The position numbers and the translations under genes were made by a program. 64,000 nt of DNA from Candidatus Marinacidobacterales bacterium (GTDB lineage Bacteria > Acidobacteriota > Vicinamibacteria > Marinacidobacterales > DATDRI01): contig CBDCNP010000002.1 of the NCBI GenBank assembly GCA_965219415.1, forward strand, positions 4,192,001-4,256,000. The letters are read 5' to 3'. Positions 31,653 to 43,462 of the stretch are shown piece by piece. The notes under the pieces are model-generated. The model worked only from the letters and a program-made list of their open reading frames with translations, was not told the origin of the DNA and searched no databases. Within the stretch, counting starts at the first letter, position 1. Every line of letters begins with the position of its first letter.

Positions 31653-32546
31653 TCAGCCCTCGGCGGGCAGACGAAGACTGAACTCGACCGCGATCTCTCG
31701 TAGCTTCGCCTGGATCCGCTGGACGTTGTCCGGTCCCATGCGAAGAAGCTGTCTCTGAACGGGCGGGAGGTCTTCGATCCACTGCTCGGAGTAAGTGTAG
31801 TTGACGCTTACTGTCTCGACAGCCATATCACCCCGAACAATGGGTGTTTTCAGCACGACCGCGAAGGCTATGGTCAGAACGTCCTCGAATGACTGCTCGC
31901 CGTAGCCGAGTTCCTGATACGCCTCGTCGACTAGGGGTCTCACAGTGCGGTACGTTTCGACGAGGCCAGCGGAATCGAGGGAAACGAAGAGGTCGACGTA
32001 CGTGTTATATCGACGGTAGCTTTCTGAGTTGATGACGAGTCGGCCCGAGTGGGAGGCGACCTCGAACCGCTCCTCCGGTCGTAGATGCGGGAACAGACGA
32101 GCCGGGCTGAGCCCTTCCGCAACGTTGGCCACGACGACCACCGCTTTGCGAACGAGCTGCTCGGTCACCACAAACGACGCCAGCACGGGATGTGCGGAGA
32201 GCTTCTCGACTATCGCGCGGACGAAGTCATCGCTGGTGGACAGCGGTGGCAGAACGATCGGCGCCGCCTCGGGTAGAGCTTCCGTCTCGCCGGACGGTGG
32301 CGCAGCCGACTCTGCCACGGTGCTTGTCGGCGCCTCAAGTGCGTCGGGAGCCTCCCCGGTCTCGTCGATACCTCCGCCAGTAAGGAGAAAGTACAGGACG
32401 ATCCCCACGACAAAAGGAATCCCGACGACTCCGGCGGAGACGAGGAGCCAATGCCGGAGGGGCTTGCCATCGTCCGTCAGGACGGGTTCGGAAACCGCAC
32501 TTTCTTCCGGCTGGTCGATGTTCCGGTCTTCCCAATCGGACGGCAT
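31653..32546 (-). CDS. DUF3014-family membrane-anchored protein
   Basis: LPPLSTSDDFVR, SYRRY, EAYQELGY, QRQLLRMGPDN. Confidence 0.85.
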   Translation of the reverse strand: MPSDWEDRNIDQPEESAVSEPVLTDDGKPLRHWLLVSAGVVGIPFVVGIVLYFLLTGGGIDETGEAPDALEAPTSTVAESAAPPSGETEALPEAAPIVLPPLSTSDDFVRAIVEKLSAHPVLASFVVTEQLVRKAVVVVANVAEGLSPARLFPHLRPEERFEVASHSGRLVINSESYRRYNTYVDLFVSLDSAGLVETYRTVRPLVDEAYQELGYGEQSFEDVLTIAFAVVLKTPIVRGDMAVETVSVNYTYSEQWIEDLPPVQRQLLRMGPDNVQRIQAKLREIAVEFSLRLPAEG

Positions 32547-32646
32547 TTATTAGTTCCTCGCGCGCTCGGCTCGGCCGGGCTCTTCGCCCGGCCTTCGCCC
32601 TCCGGCGACAAGCGCCTGCGGGCGGGCTAGAGATCTTGCCTCTTTA

Positions 32647-32812
32647 GGTGCTTTCGCCATTAAGTGTTGGTGAGATGACGCTAAGACTTTACGGTGCATT
32701 AAATTACAGCCAAAATAGCGCTCACGACCTTCGCTGCGCGCTAAATGGAGCGTAAGCGCCTCTCTTGCAAAGGGATGCGTACACATCACCAACAGCAAAC
32801 AGCGCAAGCACC
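32647..32812 (-). repeat. MITE-A copy
   Basis: 166-bp inverted match. Confidence 0.9.
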
Positions 32813-33300
32813 AATCCTACGCAAATACGTCGACTACTATCATTCGTGCCGGACTCATTTGTCGCTTGAGAAGGGACGCGCCCCGAGCCTCGCCGGGTAG
32901 AGTCACCGGCGATGGGCAAAGTGAGAGCCATTCCAAAGGTCGGTGGTCTCCATCATCATTACACTCGACGCGCTGCTTGAGCCGACCCGCTCGGAACGGC
33001 TGCCGGACTTCGCACCAGCTTACACCTCTACCCCTGAGTAGAGCCGACGCCGGCTCTTAAAACGTCCTACATGAAGACGACCAAAGCATTCCGGTTGCAG
33101 GAAGTTCGCCAATCTCATACAGCTCGAGTTTATGGAAGGGACACCCCATCCATCATTATCATGGAGAGCGCAACCATCAAGGGCTCGGGAACGTGTTGCT
33201 CGAAGTGGAAGAATGCGTCGCAGTTCCCACGGAAACGTGCGATGTCGTAAGCGACTAGGCAGCTTGCTCAGTCATTACCACCGCGACGCGGCATAGGGAC
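32813..33300 (+). mobile_element. Two rve transposase 3' remnants separated by a D terminus (ends 33143)
   Basis: YYHSCRTHLSL...VGGLHHHYTRRAA*; [11 protein letters not shown]...HYHRDAA*. Confidence 0.75.
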
Positions 33301-33320
33301 CACCCGCGTGCCCCGTCCGG

Positions 33321-33848
33321 CTATTGGCCGACAGGGCTCATGAAGCCGCCGCTCACGGCGATCAGCACGAGCATAACACCCCACCCGGCCACGCACACCA
33401 CCACCGCACGCCATGTCGTCGTGAAATCAAGCGCCTGCCGCACCGCCAGCACCATCGCGACGAGCATCCAGATCGGCACCGCCAGCAGAAACAGGTCGCC
33501 GAGCAGCCCTGGCAAGATGCCAAGCACGCGCAGCACGCCTGGGGCCGCCGCGAACCCGGTGGTCCGGAGCAACTCCCCCACATCGGCGCGCGTCTGGGGC
33601 TGCGCGAAGACCTTGGTGCCGAGGACGTAGATCAGGACGGCCCAGATGAGCCAGCCGACCAGCGCCACCAGGGTGCCGACGATGAGGTGCGCACCCTGGC
33701 CCCCCGCCAGGCCGATACCGCCGGCCACGCTCGAGAGGACAACCACACCCATCGCCTGCGCGGTGGCTCTCGGATCCGCCTCGACCTCCTCGTAGATGTC
33801 TGGTTTCAGACGGGCAGCGCCAACGACGCGTTCAGCGAAGGTATGCAT
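33321..33848 (-). CDS. Yip1-family membrane protein
   Basis: YEEVEADPRAT, ELLRTTGFAAAPG, AVRQALD; GGAG RBS. Confidence 0.8.
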   Translation of the reverse strand: MHTFAERVVGAARLKPDIYEEVEADPRATAQAMGVVVLSSVAGGIGLAGGQGAHLIVGTLVALVGWLIWAVLIYVLGTKVFAQPQTRADVGELLRTTGFAAAPGVLRVLGILPGLLGDLFLLAVPIWMLVAMVLAVRQALDFTTTWRAVVVCVAGWGVMLVLIAVSGGFMSPVGQ

Positions 33849-33876
33849 ACTCCTGCAAGAGTATGCCATGCCTCGT

Positions 33877-33970
33877 TGTGATCCGCAAAAAAGAAGATCG
33901 GCCAGAAGCAGCCGACCGTAGCAAGTCTAAAGCGCGCAATCAACGCTGGATGGACTTTTTGCGGAGCACA
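33877..33970. repeat. MITE-G, 94 bp; also 46152-46245 and 62223-62316
   Basis: TIRs TGTGATCCGCAAAAA / TGTGCTCCGCA(A/G)AAA. Confidence 0.85.
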
Positions 33971-34142
33971 ACCGGCACTGGTGACCTGACTCCCATTGCC
34001 GAAGTGAAGCAAGGTCAATCCAGAGTGGAGGGAAGCCGTGAACTCCAGGACTAGCTATGATTCCGAAACGCACTGGCGCGTGGGTCTTGAGTGCGTTTGT
34101 ATTTTTGGACACGACGCCAACGAAGATCGTCCGGTTATTTCC

Positions 34143-34566
34143 TCATGGGAGCTGCGACTTCAGATAGTTTGCGAACGATGAGCAAGATACAAGGAAGTAC
34201 CTGGCATCTGCAGCGGTGATATTCGGTTCGTCAAGCATGGCATGTCTAATGCCTTGTTTGTCGCTCGTATAGCCGTACAACTTTAGAAAGCCCTCCTTGA
34301 GAGCCCTATGCAGTTGGCCCTTCTTCTCGATGGTCCTTAGTGCGTTGCCGAGTGTTGCCTTGTCGCTCCCTGAGATCGCGCGAGCGATGCTCTCGACGGC
34401 GGAGATTGACTCCTTGATGGAATTTCGATAGTCCGGGTTCTCGCGATCCGAATAGAGCTTCAGTGCACGGTCAATGTGAGTCGAGACCCCAACAAATCTA
34501 GTGTCTTTTGCTGCCTCTTCGACCGTATTGATTTCTTCTTGGCTCAACGACATCGGTGACATACCC
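34143..34566 (-). pseudogene. C-terminal fragment of an AbiJ-related protein
   Basis: DYRNSIKESISAVES...LYGYTSD..GIRHA. Confidence 0.65.
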
Positions 34567-34668
34567 CGTCCTGTGCCAAAACTCGGCCCTTTTGAAAGAC
34601 CATGGCTGTAATTTAATGCGCCGTAAAGTCTTAGCGTCATTTTACCAACACTTAATGGCGGAAGCACC
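34567..34668. repeat. 102-bp B-A hybrid mini-element; second copy 58175-58276
   Basis: CGTCCTGTGCC...AATGGCGGAAGCACC. Confidence 0.85.
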
Positions 34669-35515
34669 CCTTGATGAGTAACAACCCAGGGCGGATCGGC
34701 TTCTGTCCCGCAGTGAAGCCGACGAGACAGATCCGTCCGAGCGGTTGGATCACCGACATGAGCGCCGCCTCGAAGAGCTCTCCCTGCACCATGTCGATCA
34801 CGACGTCGACGCCCTCCGAGTGGCCGAGTTCGGTGGCCGCTTGCTTCACCTCCGTCTTGAACGTGCGGTAACTGTCGCCGTCTCGACCGTAGCAGAGCAC
34901 TCGGTCGGCGCCAGCGGCGGTCGCAAACTCTTTCTTGTCCGGGACGCTGACGCCAGCGATCACTGATGCACCCATCGCCTTCGCCAGCTCCACCGCCGCC
35001 ATCCCCACCCCCCCGGACGCTCCATCGACCAACACCAGATCTCCTGCCGTGACCTCACCGAGAATCTTCAAGGAGTAGTAGGCTGGAAAGAAGTTTCGCC
35101 CCAGATTCGCACACGCAGACAGGGGGACCCCGGTCGGCGCCGGCCAGACCGACGACGCCGGCGCAGCGGCGACCTCGGCCAGACCGCCCACGCTCATTTG
35201 CGCGAAGACCTCGTCGCCCACCGCCAACCCGTCGACACCATCGCCTAGCTCCAGGACCATGCCCGACACGTCCATCCCTGGCACATACGGAAGCCGTGGC
35301 CGCTGCTGGTAAAGGCCCTGCGCCTGCAGGGCATCCGGATACTGCACACCGGCATACCGAGTTTGAACCAACACCTGCCCCGGTTCGCAGGCCGGTGGCG
35401 GAATCTCGTCCAACGAGAGGGCCTCTCGGAGCGAAGCCGGAGTCGCCAGGGGTCGCCCCTGGTCGTCGAGACCGACGTAGCGGTGACAGCGGACGGCTTT
35501 CATCAAGCTACTCAT
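34669..35515 (-). pseudogene. NADPH:quinone oxidoreductase (MDR family), 3' truncated
   Basis: [29 protein letters not shown]; cut at LLLIK by an A terminus. Confidence 0.85.
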
Positions 35516-35566
35516 GGCTCAAAGACGAACAGCTTTCCTCGGCTTTGGGTCATTGCCCCCTAGCGC

Positions 35567-35608
35567 TGTCTGCCCGTCAATACACGATCTTCTTTTTTGC
35601 GAATCACA
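35567..35608. repeat. 42-bp mini-element; second copy 43311-43352
   Basis: TGTCTGCCCGTCAATA...TTTTTTGCG(G/A)ATCACA. Confidence 0.75.
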
Positions 35609-35667
35609 CCCGGCAGACCGGAGACTAATCAAGTTCGGTGCGCGCGGATGAATAAATAGAAGGCACA

Positions 35668-36683
<1,016 letters not shown>

Positions 36684-36918
36684 GTGCTGGATGAGGGCCA
36701 GAGCGTGGGTCGGGTGGCCCGCGAGCTTGACCTCAAGGAAACTTCCTTCAGGAACTGGAAGTTCCGGAACTGGAAGTTCCGGTAGCACCTTTCTCTTTTA
36801 CAAAGGGCAATGGCTACCACCGCCGGGGGACCACCTGTGATACGCTTCGGCTCTGCACTGGCTCTGTTGTTTCCAGGAAGGCTGGCGCTCGTTGCGGCCT
36901 TGGCCGCGATTTCACGTC

Positions 36919-37150
36919 ATGGCGGACATCGTGGACAGTGAACGGCAAAGCGAGATCATGTCGAGGACTCGGAGACTAGACACCGCGCCTGGACTCGTCG
37001 TTCGTCGTATTGCGCACAGGCTGGGCCTCCGTTTCCGTCTGCACCGGAAAGACTCCTCGGGCCGACCTGACTTGGTCTTCCCGCGACACCGGTTGGTGGT
37101 ATTCGTGCACGGGTGTTTCTGGCATCGACACAGTGGATGCCGGTATGCGT
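36919..37150 (+). pseudogene. vsr: Vsr endonuclease 5' fragment
   Basis: MADIV...IMS...GRPDLVF...FVHGCFWHRH. Confidence 0.8.
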
Positions 37151-37168
37151 ATCGTACGGAGGTGCGTC

Positions 37169-38872
37169 ATGAGGCATTTCTTGGTTTCCCTCGGTATCGC
37201 CCTGCCGGTCGCCATTCTTTCCGCTTGCTCCCCCGAGTCGGCAACGGAACCCTTCGATCTCATTCTGGCTGGCGGTGAGGTTGTAGACGGGACCGGCAGC
37301 TCTGCTCGTCGGGCAGATGTGGGTATCCGCAGCGATGCGATAGCCGCTGTAGGCGACCTGTCGGCGGCGAGTGCGGCGAGAAGGGTCGATGTCAGTGGTC
37401 TCGTCGTCTCTCCCGGCTTCATCGACATGCACAGCCACTCGGACTTCACCCTCCTAGTCGACGGGCGAGGACTCTCCAAGATCACGCAAGGAGTGACGAC
37501 CGAGCTTCTGGGCGAGTCCGGCTCCGCAGCGCCCGTCGAGGGAGAAGCGGTCCCTGAGATGGAGCGCCGCCTTGCGAACATAGACCTCGAGCTCGGATGG
37601 AGAAGCCTCAGCGAGTACTTCGATGTCGTGGAACAATCGGGAACCAGCGTCAATATCATCACCACGGTGGGAAGCGGCCAGCTTCGCGCCTCGGTAGTGG
37701 GATACGACAACCGACCCGCGACCGAAGGGGAAATGGCGCGGATGGAAGAGCTCGTCGACGAGGCGATGCGCGACGGTGCTATCGGCGTTTCGAGCGGACT
37801 CATCTATCCACCTAACGCCTATGCCTCGACGGAAGAGCTGATCGCTCTGGCCAGGGTTGCGGCCAAGTACGACGGCATCTATTTGACGCACATGCGGGGA
37901 GAGAGCGACAACCTGCTCAGGTCTCTGGAAGAAGCTATTCGCATCGGAAAGGAATCGGGTGCCGCCGTAGAAGTGCTTCATTTCAAGCGTTCCGGAATCC
38001 TCATCGACGATGAAACGGAGTCGCCGACTATTCAGGACGCGGTGGCTCTCATCGAGAAGGCGCGCTCCGAAGGCGTTACCATCTTCGCCAATCTCTATCC
38101 CTACGCTGCCTCGCAGACCACGCTCGGAATTCGCCTTCCCGACTGGGTGTACGACGGAGGTCGCGAGGAAATGCTGGCTCGACTGCGCGATCCCGAAACG
38201 CGCGAGCGTATCCGAAGCGAGATAGCGCAAAGCTTGTCCGAGGGCATCGCCGGGAGCACCGCCGATACGATCCTCTTTGGTTCCACGACGTACGGCAGCC
38301 ACCGCGTGTATCAAGGCAAACGGATCCGCGAGATCGCCGAAGACATGGGAGTCGAGCCCGCGGAGGCTATCATCGAGCTCATCGACAAGGCAGACGGAAG
38401 CACGCGGGCCATCTACTTCGCCATGCGCGACGAGGACGTTCGTTACCTTCTCGGGCTCGACTGGACGACGATTGGGAGCGACGGCACCGCGGTGGCGCCG
38501 GAGGGAATCCTGGCGCGCTCGCACCCTCATCCCCGCTGGTACGGAAGCTTTCCGCGGGTTCTTGGTCACTACGTCCGCGAGGAGAACGTCATTTCGCTCG
38601 CCGAAGCCGTTCGCAAAATGACGAGCCTAGCGGCGGAACGCATCGGTGTAACCGACCGGGGGGTCATCCAGGAGGGAATGAAGGCTGATGTCGTGGCGTT
38701 CGATCCCGGAACGATCATCGATCGGTCGACCTTCACGGATCCGCATCAGCTGTCGGAGGGTGTCGAATGGGTCGTCGTCAACGGAGAGGTCGTTCTGGCG
38801 GAGGGTGAGCACACCGGAGCCATGCCGGGACGGGTGCTTCGGGGCTCCGGCTTCCTCAAACCTGTGTCCTGA
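37169..38872 (+). CDS. N-acyl-D-amino-acid deacylase, lipoprotein
   Basis: LSAC lipobox; PGFIDMHSHSD, HPRWYGSFPR; GGAGG RBS. Confidence 0.88.
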   Translation: MRHFLVSLGIALPVAILSACSPESATEPFDLILAGGEVVDGTGSSARRADVGIRSDAIAAVGDLSAASAARRVDVSGLVVSPGFIDMHSHSDFTLLVDGRGLSKITQGVTTELLGESGSAAPVEGEAVPEMERRLANIDLELGWRSLSEYFDVVEQSGTSVNIITTVGSGQLRASVVGYDNRPATEGEMARMEELVDEAMRDGAIGVSSGLIYPPNAYASTEELIALARVAAKYDGIYLTHMRGESDNLLRSLEEAIRIGKESGAAVEVLHFKRSGILIDDETESPTIQDAVALIEKARSEGVTIFANLYPYAASQTTLGIRLPDWVYDGGREEMLARLRDPETRERIRSEIAQSLSEGIAGSTADTILFGSTTYGSHRVYQGKRIREIAEDMGVEPAEAIIELIDKADGSTRAIYFAMRDEDVRYLLGLDWTTIGSDGTAVAPEGILARSHPHPRWYGSFPRVLGHYVREENVISLAEAVRKMTSLAAERIGVTDRGVIQEGMKADVVAFDPGTIIDRSTFTDPHQLSEGVEWVVVNGEVVLAEGEHTGAMPGRVLRGSGFLKPVS

Positions 38873-38919
38873 CTACAACCGGTCGGTACACAATCTGGCC
38901 TCAAGCCCATCGAGAACCC

Positions 38920-39096
38920 CGTCCTGTGCCAAAACTCAGCCCTTTTGAAATAGCCCATAAATCAGCAACTTAGAGTCTGGTTTGCGGTCGTGCCCAGGGC
39001 CGAGCACGAACAAACGACGAAATCATGCAGGCATAGTCCCGGCAGATCGGAGACCGATCAGGTTCGGGGCGCGCGGATGAATAAATAGAAGGCACA
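38920..39096. repeat. ~177-bp B-F hybrid mini-element; second copy 47466-47643
   Basis: B terminus fused to the F left end including the first transposase codons (MISSFVR). Confidence 0.8.
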
Positions 39097-39517
39097 GCCG
39101 AGTTTTGGCACAGGACGGGGTAACGGAGTCGTCGAAGGTTGCTGCTGCCTGAACTTTTCTACACACCTATTGACAAGAGCTCGGCCAAGTCTACTTACCT
39201 ACTTGTATGTAGTATGTTTCGGACCACAAGTACCATCCGTCATTTGCCATTGCGTGAAGAATAATTTTGCATTGGCCTTGCCTTGTGGCAATGAATCGGT
39301 ATGTGTAGCTTGTCTCGTTTCCAATTTGTCGCAGTTTCCCGCTAGGACACCAACCCTCCCATCGTGGCGTGCCTTTTGACGACCAAGGCTCTTCATTTGC
39401 CGTAACGATTTGGAGCTGGATTTCTTGGCCTGTACTTTCCTGTCCTGGCATTGGTGTCTGCACTACGGGCTCGCCGCTCCGAGTTACCCCTATCTCGTGG
39501 TATTTCCATCGCGGTGC

Positions 39518-39874
39518 CTAGGTGTTGTTTGCTGGTGCTCTGCGTGCTTCTCTTTCTGTGCTGATGCATCTGACGTACGCATTGTACATCTCTACCGCAA
39601 CTTGCCCCCGCTTTTCCCCGAACGCAAACGTGTCAACGCCTTTCTCTTCTGTTTCTGCTTCTGTGATGATTTTACCCTTTCTTCGGCTGAGTTCCGCGGC
39701 CATCTCTCGAGTAGCACTTGTGCTGTATCCACCCGTACACAACGCAATTCTGTTTTGCGTTTCACTTGCCAGTCTGGGTAGTTGAAGGTGTACTCCGCAG
39801 CCTATTCCGAGCAATGCCGTTCCTGCTAGCAATCTAATTGTCTGCACCTTGTCTATTTTCTGGGTCCACCTCAA
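39518..39874 (-). CDS. Hypothetical lipoprotein (lower GC)
   Basis: Hydrophobic stretch ending GIGC; no family recognised. Confidence 0.4.
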   Translation of the reverse strand: MRWTQKIDKVQTIRLLAGTALLGIGCGVHLQLPRLASETQNRIALCTGGYSTSATREMAAELSRRKGKIITEAETEEKGVDTFAFGEKRGQVAVEMYNAYVRCISTEREARRAPANNT

Positions 39875-40024
39875 TCTTACGTGCTAGAGTCGCCGCTTTC
39901 TATGTTCGACTGCTTGTTCGTTTCGGCGTTCTGTGAATAACCTACTAAACCGGACTACTGATCCGCCCCGGGTTTTCCGGAGACTGTTTTAGTTGAGTCT
40001 CGCCATCTCTAGCGAGCCTTCCTG

Positions 40025-41424
40025 GGTGATGTCTTAAGATTCCTGTCAAAGAAAAACGATGTATGGTTCCCCAAGCTCAAACCCGTCCCCGTCATGGGGA
40101 CAGAAAAGGAGAACCATACATCATGGGAAAGGTACTACCGAGTCAGCGATTGCTCAAGCAGTTCGAGGAACAACTGGTATTTGGGGAGATGAATCTCTCG
40201 GAGATCGTCCGGTCGGGAGCTCAGATGATGCTTCAATATGCGTTGGAGCGCGAGGTGACGGAGGCGTTGGGTCGAAACTACTATGAGAACGCTCCGGCAA
40301 CGACGAAGGAGAAGGGACGACGCAACGGGTATGAGTCGCATCGGGTCCTCACGGGCGAGGGAGCGGTGACGGTGCAAGTGCCGCGGGTACGAGAAACAGA
40401 GAAGGTGTTTCAGTCAAAGATTCTCGACGCCTACGTGAGCCGGACCGAGAAACTCGATGAACTGATCGCGCGGATGTACGTCCACGGGATGTCGACGCGT
40501 GACATTGAGGCGACGTTCGCGGACGTGCTGAGCGGCACGGGTGTCTCGAAGTCGGTGGTGAGCCGGGTCACACGGTGTCTGTCGGAGGATTTCGAGGCGT
40601 TTCGAAAACGGGATCTCTCGAACGAGAAGCTGTTGTATCTCGAGCTCGACGGCACGTACCTGCGCTACCACCAAGGAGCGGAGAGGAAAGAGCCCATCCT
40701 CGTTGCGACCGGCTATCGCGCTGATGGGACGCGAGTTCTTCTTCATATCGGTGTCGGCAACCGAGAATCCTACGAGAACTGGAAGGGGTTCTTGCAGGAG
40801 ATAGTGGCCCGAGGAATGAGGGAGCCGTTGCTCATCGTGACGGACGGGAATCCTGGAGTGCTCAAAGCGATCGCAGAGGTCTTCCCTCGAAGCCTCAAGC
40901 AACGTTGCCAGAAGCACCGCCTCGAGAACATCCTGGGCAAGGCTCCGAAGGAAGTGCGCGACGAACTCAAGGCGGCCATCCTTGAGTCGTTCCATGCGAA
41001 CAGCTACGAGCAAGGGCTGAAGAAGGGTCGGGAGGTGATCGCTCGGTACCGTCAACGATTCCCGAGCGCGATGAAGTGCATGGAAGAGACCCTCGAAGCA
41101 TGTCTTCAGGCGCTACGCCTTCCTGCGGCGCATCACAAAAGGCTTCGCACGTCGAATCTACTTGAGCGCACGTTCGGAGAGCACAAACGTCGCACAAAGG
41201 TCATTCCTCACTTCTTCACCGAGGAGGCCGCGATGAAACTCTCGTTCGCTGTGCTCTTGGCCGCCGCAAACAAATGGCGCGGCGTGAGGATGGATGTCTT
41301 CGCCGCTAGGAAAGTCGAGGAGCTTCGCAACGAGCTTCTCCCGCAAGGCACGTCGGAGGAATCAGCAGCTTAACCGAGCGCGGGGAACCGTACGGAGATT
41401 TGACAGGAAAATTAAGACTTGACC
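40025..41424 (+). mobile_element. IS256-family element inserted in an IS3 end fragment (39959-41518)
   Basis: IRs GGTGATGTCTTAAGATTCCTGTCAAA / GGTCAAGTCTTAATTTTCCTGTCAAA; 8-bp TSD CCTTCCTG. Confidence 0.95.
40123..41373 (+). CDS. IS256 (Mutator) transposase
   Basis: RRNGY, GMSTRDI, LDGTY, VTDG, QRCQKH, TSNLLER. Confidence 0.93.
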   Translation: MGKVLPSQRLLKQFEEQLVFGEMNLSEIVRSGAQMMLQYALEREVTEALGRNYYENAPATTKEKGRRNGYESHRVLTGEGAVTVQVPRVRETEKVFQSKILDAYVSRTEKLDELIARMYVHGMSTRDIEATFADVLSGTGVSKSVVSRVTRCLSEDFEAFRKRDLSNEKLLYLELDGTYLRYHQGAERKEPILVATGYRADGTRVLLHIGVGNRESYENWKGFLQEIVARGMREPLLIVTDGNPGVLKAIAEVFPRSLKQRCQKHRLENILGKAPKEVRDELKAAILESFHANSYEQGLKKGREVIARYRQRFPSAMKCMEETLEACLQALRLPAAHHKRLRTSNLLERTFGEHKRRTKVIPHFFTEEAAMKLSFAVLLAAANKWRGVRMDVFAARKVEELRNELLPQGTSEESAA

Positions 41425-41518
41425 CCTTCCTGCGACCGATAGTAGTTCATCTCGTACTCGACGGGGGAGACATTTCCGATCGGCTCCAAGAGTCGTTGCG
41501 TGTTGTACCAATGCACCC

Positions 41519-41642
41519 CGTCCTGTGCCAAAACTCGGCCCAGCCGGCATCGACGAAAGAACTGCGCCTCTCGAAATCAGGTAAAATTCTAGCACGCAAA
41601 CAGGTTACGCGGCGGCCACCAACACTTGACTGCGGAAGCACA
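41519..41642. repeat. 124-bp B-A hybrid; inverted copy at 25662-25785
   Basis: CGTCCTGTGCC...CAACACTTGACTGCGGAAGCAC. Confidence 0.8.
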
Positions 41643-41696
41643 CATCGATGGAGCGGTTGCGTGTCCTTCATCATTATTGTAGTCATTATAGTCGGC

Positions 41697-42981
41697 TGTG
41701 CATCGTCAAAACTGCTCCGCCCACGAAATCAAGACTTACGCTCCGCTTGAATTCCGGGCCGAAGACGGCGAAACTCCGCCGCTATGCTCAACGTTGTTGT
41801 CTTCCTCGTCTCACTTGGCGTCCGTGCCATTCGGGCGATGTGTCGGCGCCGCGCCGACCTGGTGTTGGAGAACGTCGCTTTGCGGCAGCAAGTGACGGCG
41901 CTGAAGAAAGAGCGCCCACGCCCACCGCTCGACGACACGGAACGGGCTTTCTGGGTTGCTCTTCGAGGTTCGTGGCCCGTGTGGGCGAGCCGCCTGCTCA
42001 TCGTCCACGCGGACACCGTGGCCCGTTGGCATCGCGACCGATTCCGACGGTACTGGGCAAATATCTCGCAGCGCCGCCATCCCGGTCGGCCTCGGATTGA
42101 TGCCGAGATTCGTCGCCTCGTCCGCACGATGGCGCAAGACGGCTGGGGGGCGCCACGCATCCATGCTGAGCTCACCAAGCTCGGTTTCATCATCTCCGAG
42201 ATCACGGTGTCGCGATACCTGCCGCGGCGTCCCGCGGAGCCCGACCAGCTGAAACGATGGATGGCTTTCTTGCGCAACCATAAAGACGATATCGCCGCCA
42301 TGGATCTGTTCACCGTGCCCACCGCGTCGCTCCGGCTGCTGTACGGCTTCTTCGTCATCGAGCACGGTCGCCGGCACATCGTTCACTTCAACGCCACGTT
42401 CCACCCGACGTCTGCTTGGGTTATTCAGCAACTACGCGAGGCGTTTCCCTACGACACCGCTCCGAGATATCTCATCTTCGATCGCGACTTCATCTTTAGC
42501 GCTGCGGTCATCGAGTTCATCAAGGCAACGGGCACAAAACCCGTTCGCACTTCGTTTCGCAGCCCATGGCAAAACGGAACCGCGGAGCGGTGGGTCGGCA
42601 GCTGCCGTCGCGAGCTCCTTGAGCACGTCGTGGTTCTCGGTGCATGTCATCTCATCCGGCTCGTGCGAGCTTACATCAGCTACTATCATGAGGACCGTTG
42701 CCACTTGGGGCTGAACAAGGACACACCGAGCTTGAGAACGGTCACGCACCGACCGTCTCCTACGGCGAAAGTAGTCGCACTGCCGCGAGTCGGTGGACTG
42801 CACCATCGATACGAGTGGCGAGAGGCAGCCTGAGTCAGCTTGGTCGCTCGCGTTACTCGGCTGGTCGCCGAGAAGTTCGTTCTCAGCACCTTCCCTCGCG
42901 CGCTGACCACGCTCTCCAGCATGTGCTCGAGGGCGGTCCGGGCCCTAGAGTCCAGTCCCGGATTAATAATGATGATGGACA
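41697..42981 (+). mobile_element. rve/DDE element, type E, full length
   Basis: Ends TGTGCATCGTCAAAACT / TGTCCATCATCATTATT; second full copy 51926-53211; flanks unrelated. Confidence 0.9.
41784..42833 (+). CDS. Integrase-core (rve) DDE transposase
   Basis: [36 protein letters not shown]. Confidence 0.9.
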   Translation: MLNVVVFLVSLGVRAIRAMCRRRADLVLENVALRQQVTALKKERPRPPLDDTERAFWVALRGSWPVWASRLLIVHADTVARWHRDRFRRYWANISQRRHPGRPRIDAEIRRLVRTMAQDGWGAPRIHAELTKLGFIISEITVSRYLPRRPAEPDQLKRWMAFLRNHKDDIAAMDLFTVPTASLRLLYGFFVIEHGRRHIVHFNATFHPTSAWVIQQLREAFPYDTAPRYLIFDRDFIFSAAVIEFIKATGTKPVRTSFRSPWQNGTAERWVGSCRRELLEHVVVLGACHLIRLVRAYISYYHEDRCHLGLNKDTPSLRTVTHRPSPTAKVVALPRVGGLHHRYEWREAA

Positions 42982-43462
42982 GGCCAAATGTTTATCAATT
43001 ATGGTCAGTTCGCCGCAGATCTTTGAAGCTGAATGCCGGACGCCAAGGCAAATTCAGCTGGCAAATGCTTTCTGCCGCTATCTCGAAATGGCAGATCGAT
43101 TGGCCGATTAGATGACATCCCGTCCTGTGCGGTGCTTGGTGGGCTCCATCACGATTACCGGTTGTCACGCGTCGCCTGACGGACCTAGCTTCTCGCGGGG
43201 AACAACGCGTTCTTTCTCAAGCACGTTATTGCGTCGGTGGCCCGGCAGCGACAGAGTGCAGAACCTCCACCGAGGCGAACACGAGTTCGCAGGACCTCAA
43301 CTCCCATGGCTGTCTGCCCGTCAATACGCGATCTTCTTTTTTGCGGATCACAGCTCACGGCGTGCGTGCGCCGGGCAATGTTAGAGCAAGTTGGCGCGCT
43401 TGTGCTCGGTACATCGCTGCAACCGGCAACCCGGCCACTTCTCCAGCGCTTTCGTCAGCCCG

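Noticed and set aside
41692-42986. 3-bp TSD (GGC) around the type-E element
   Set aside because: The unbroken left flank (inverted copy near 25610) continues GGCACCC, not GGCCAAA, so the two flanks are from different loci.
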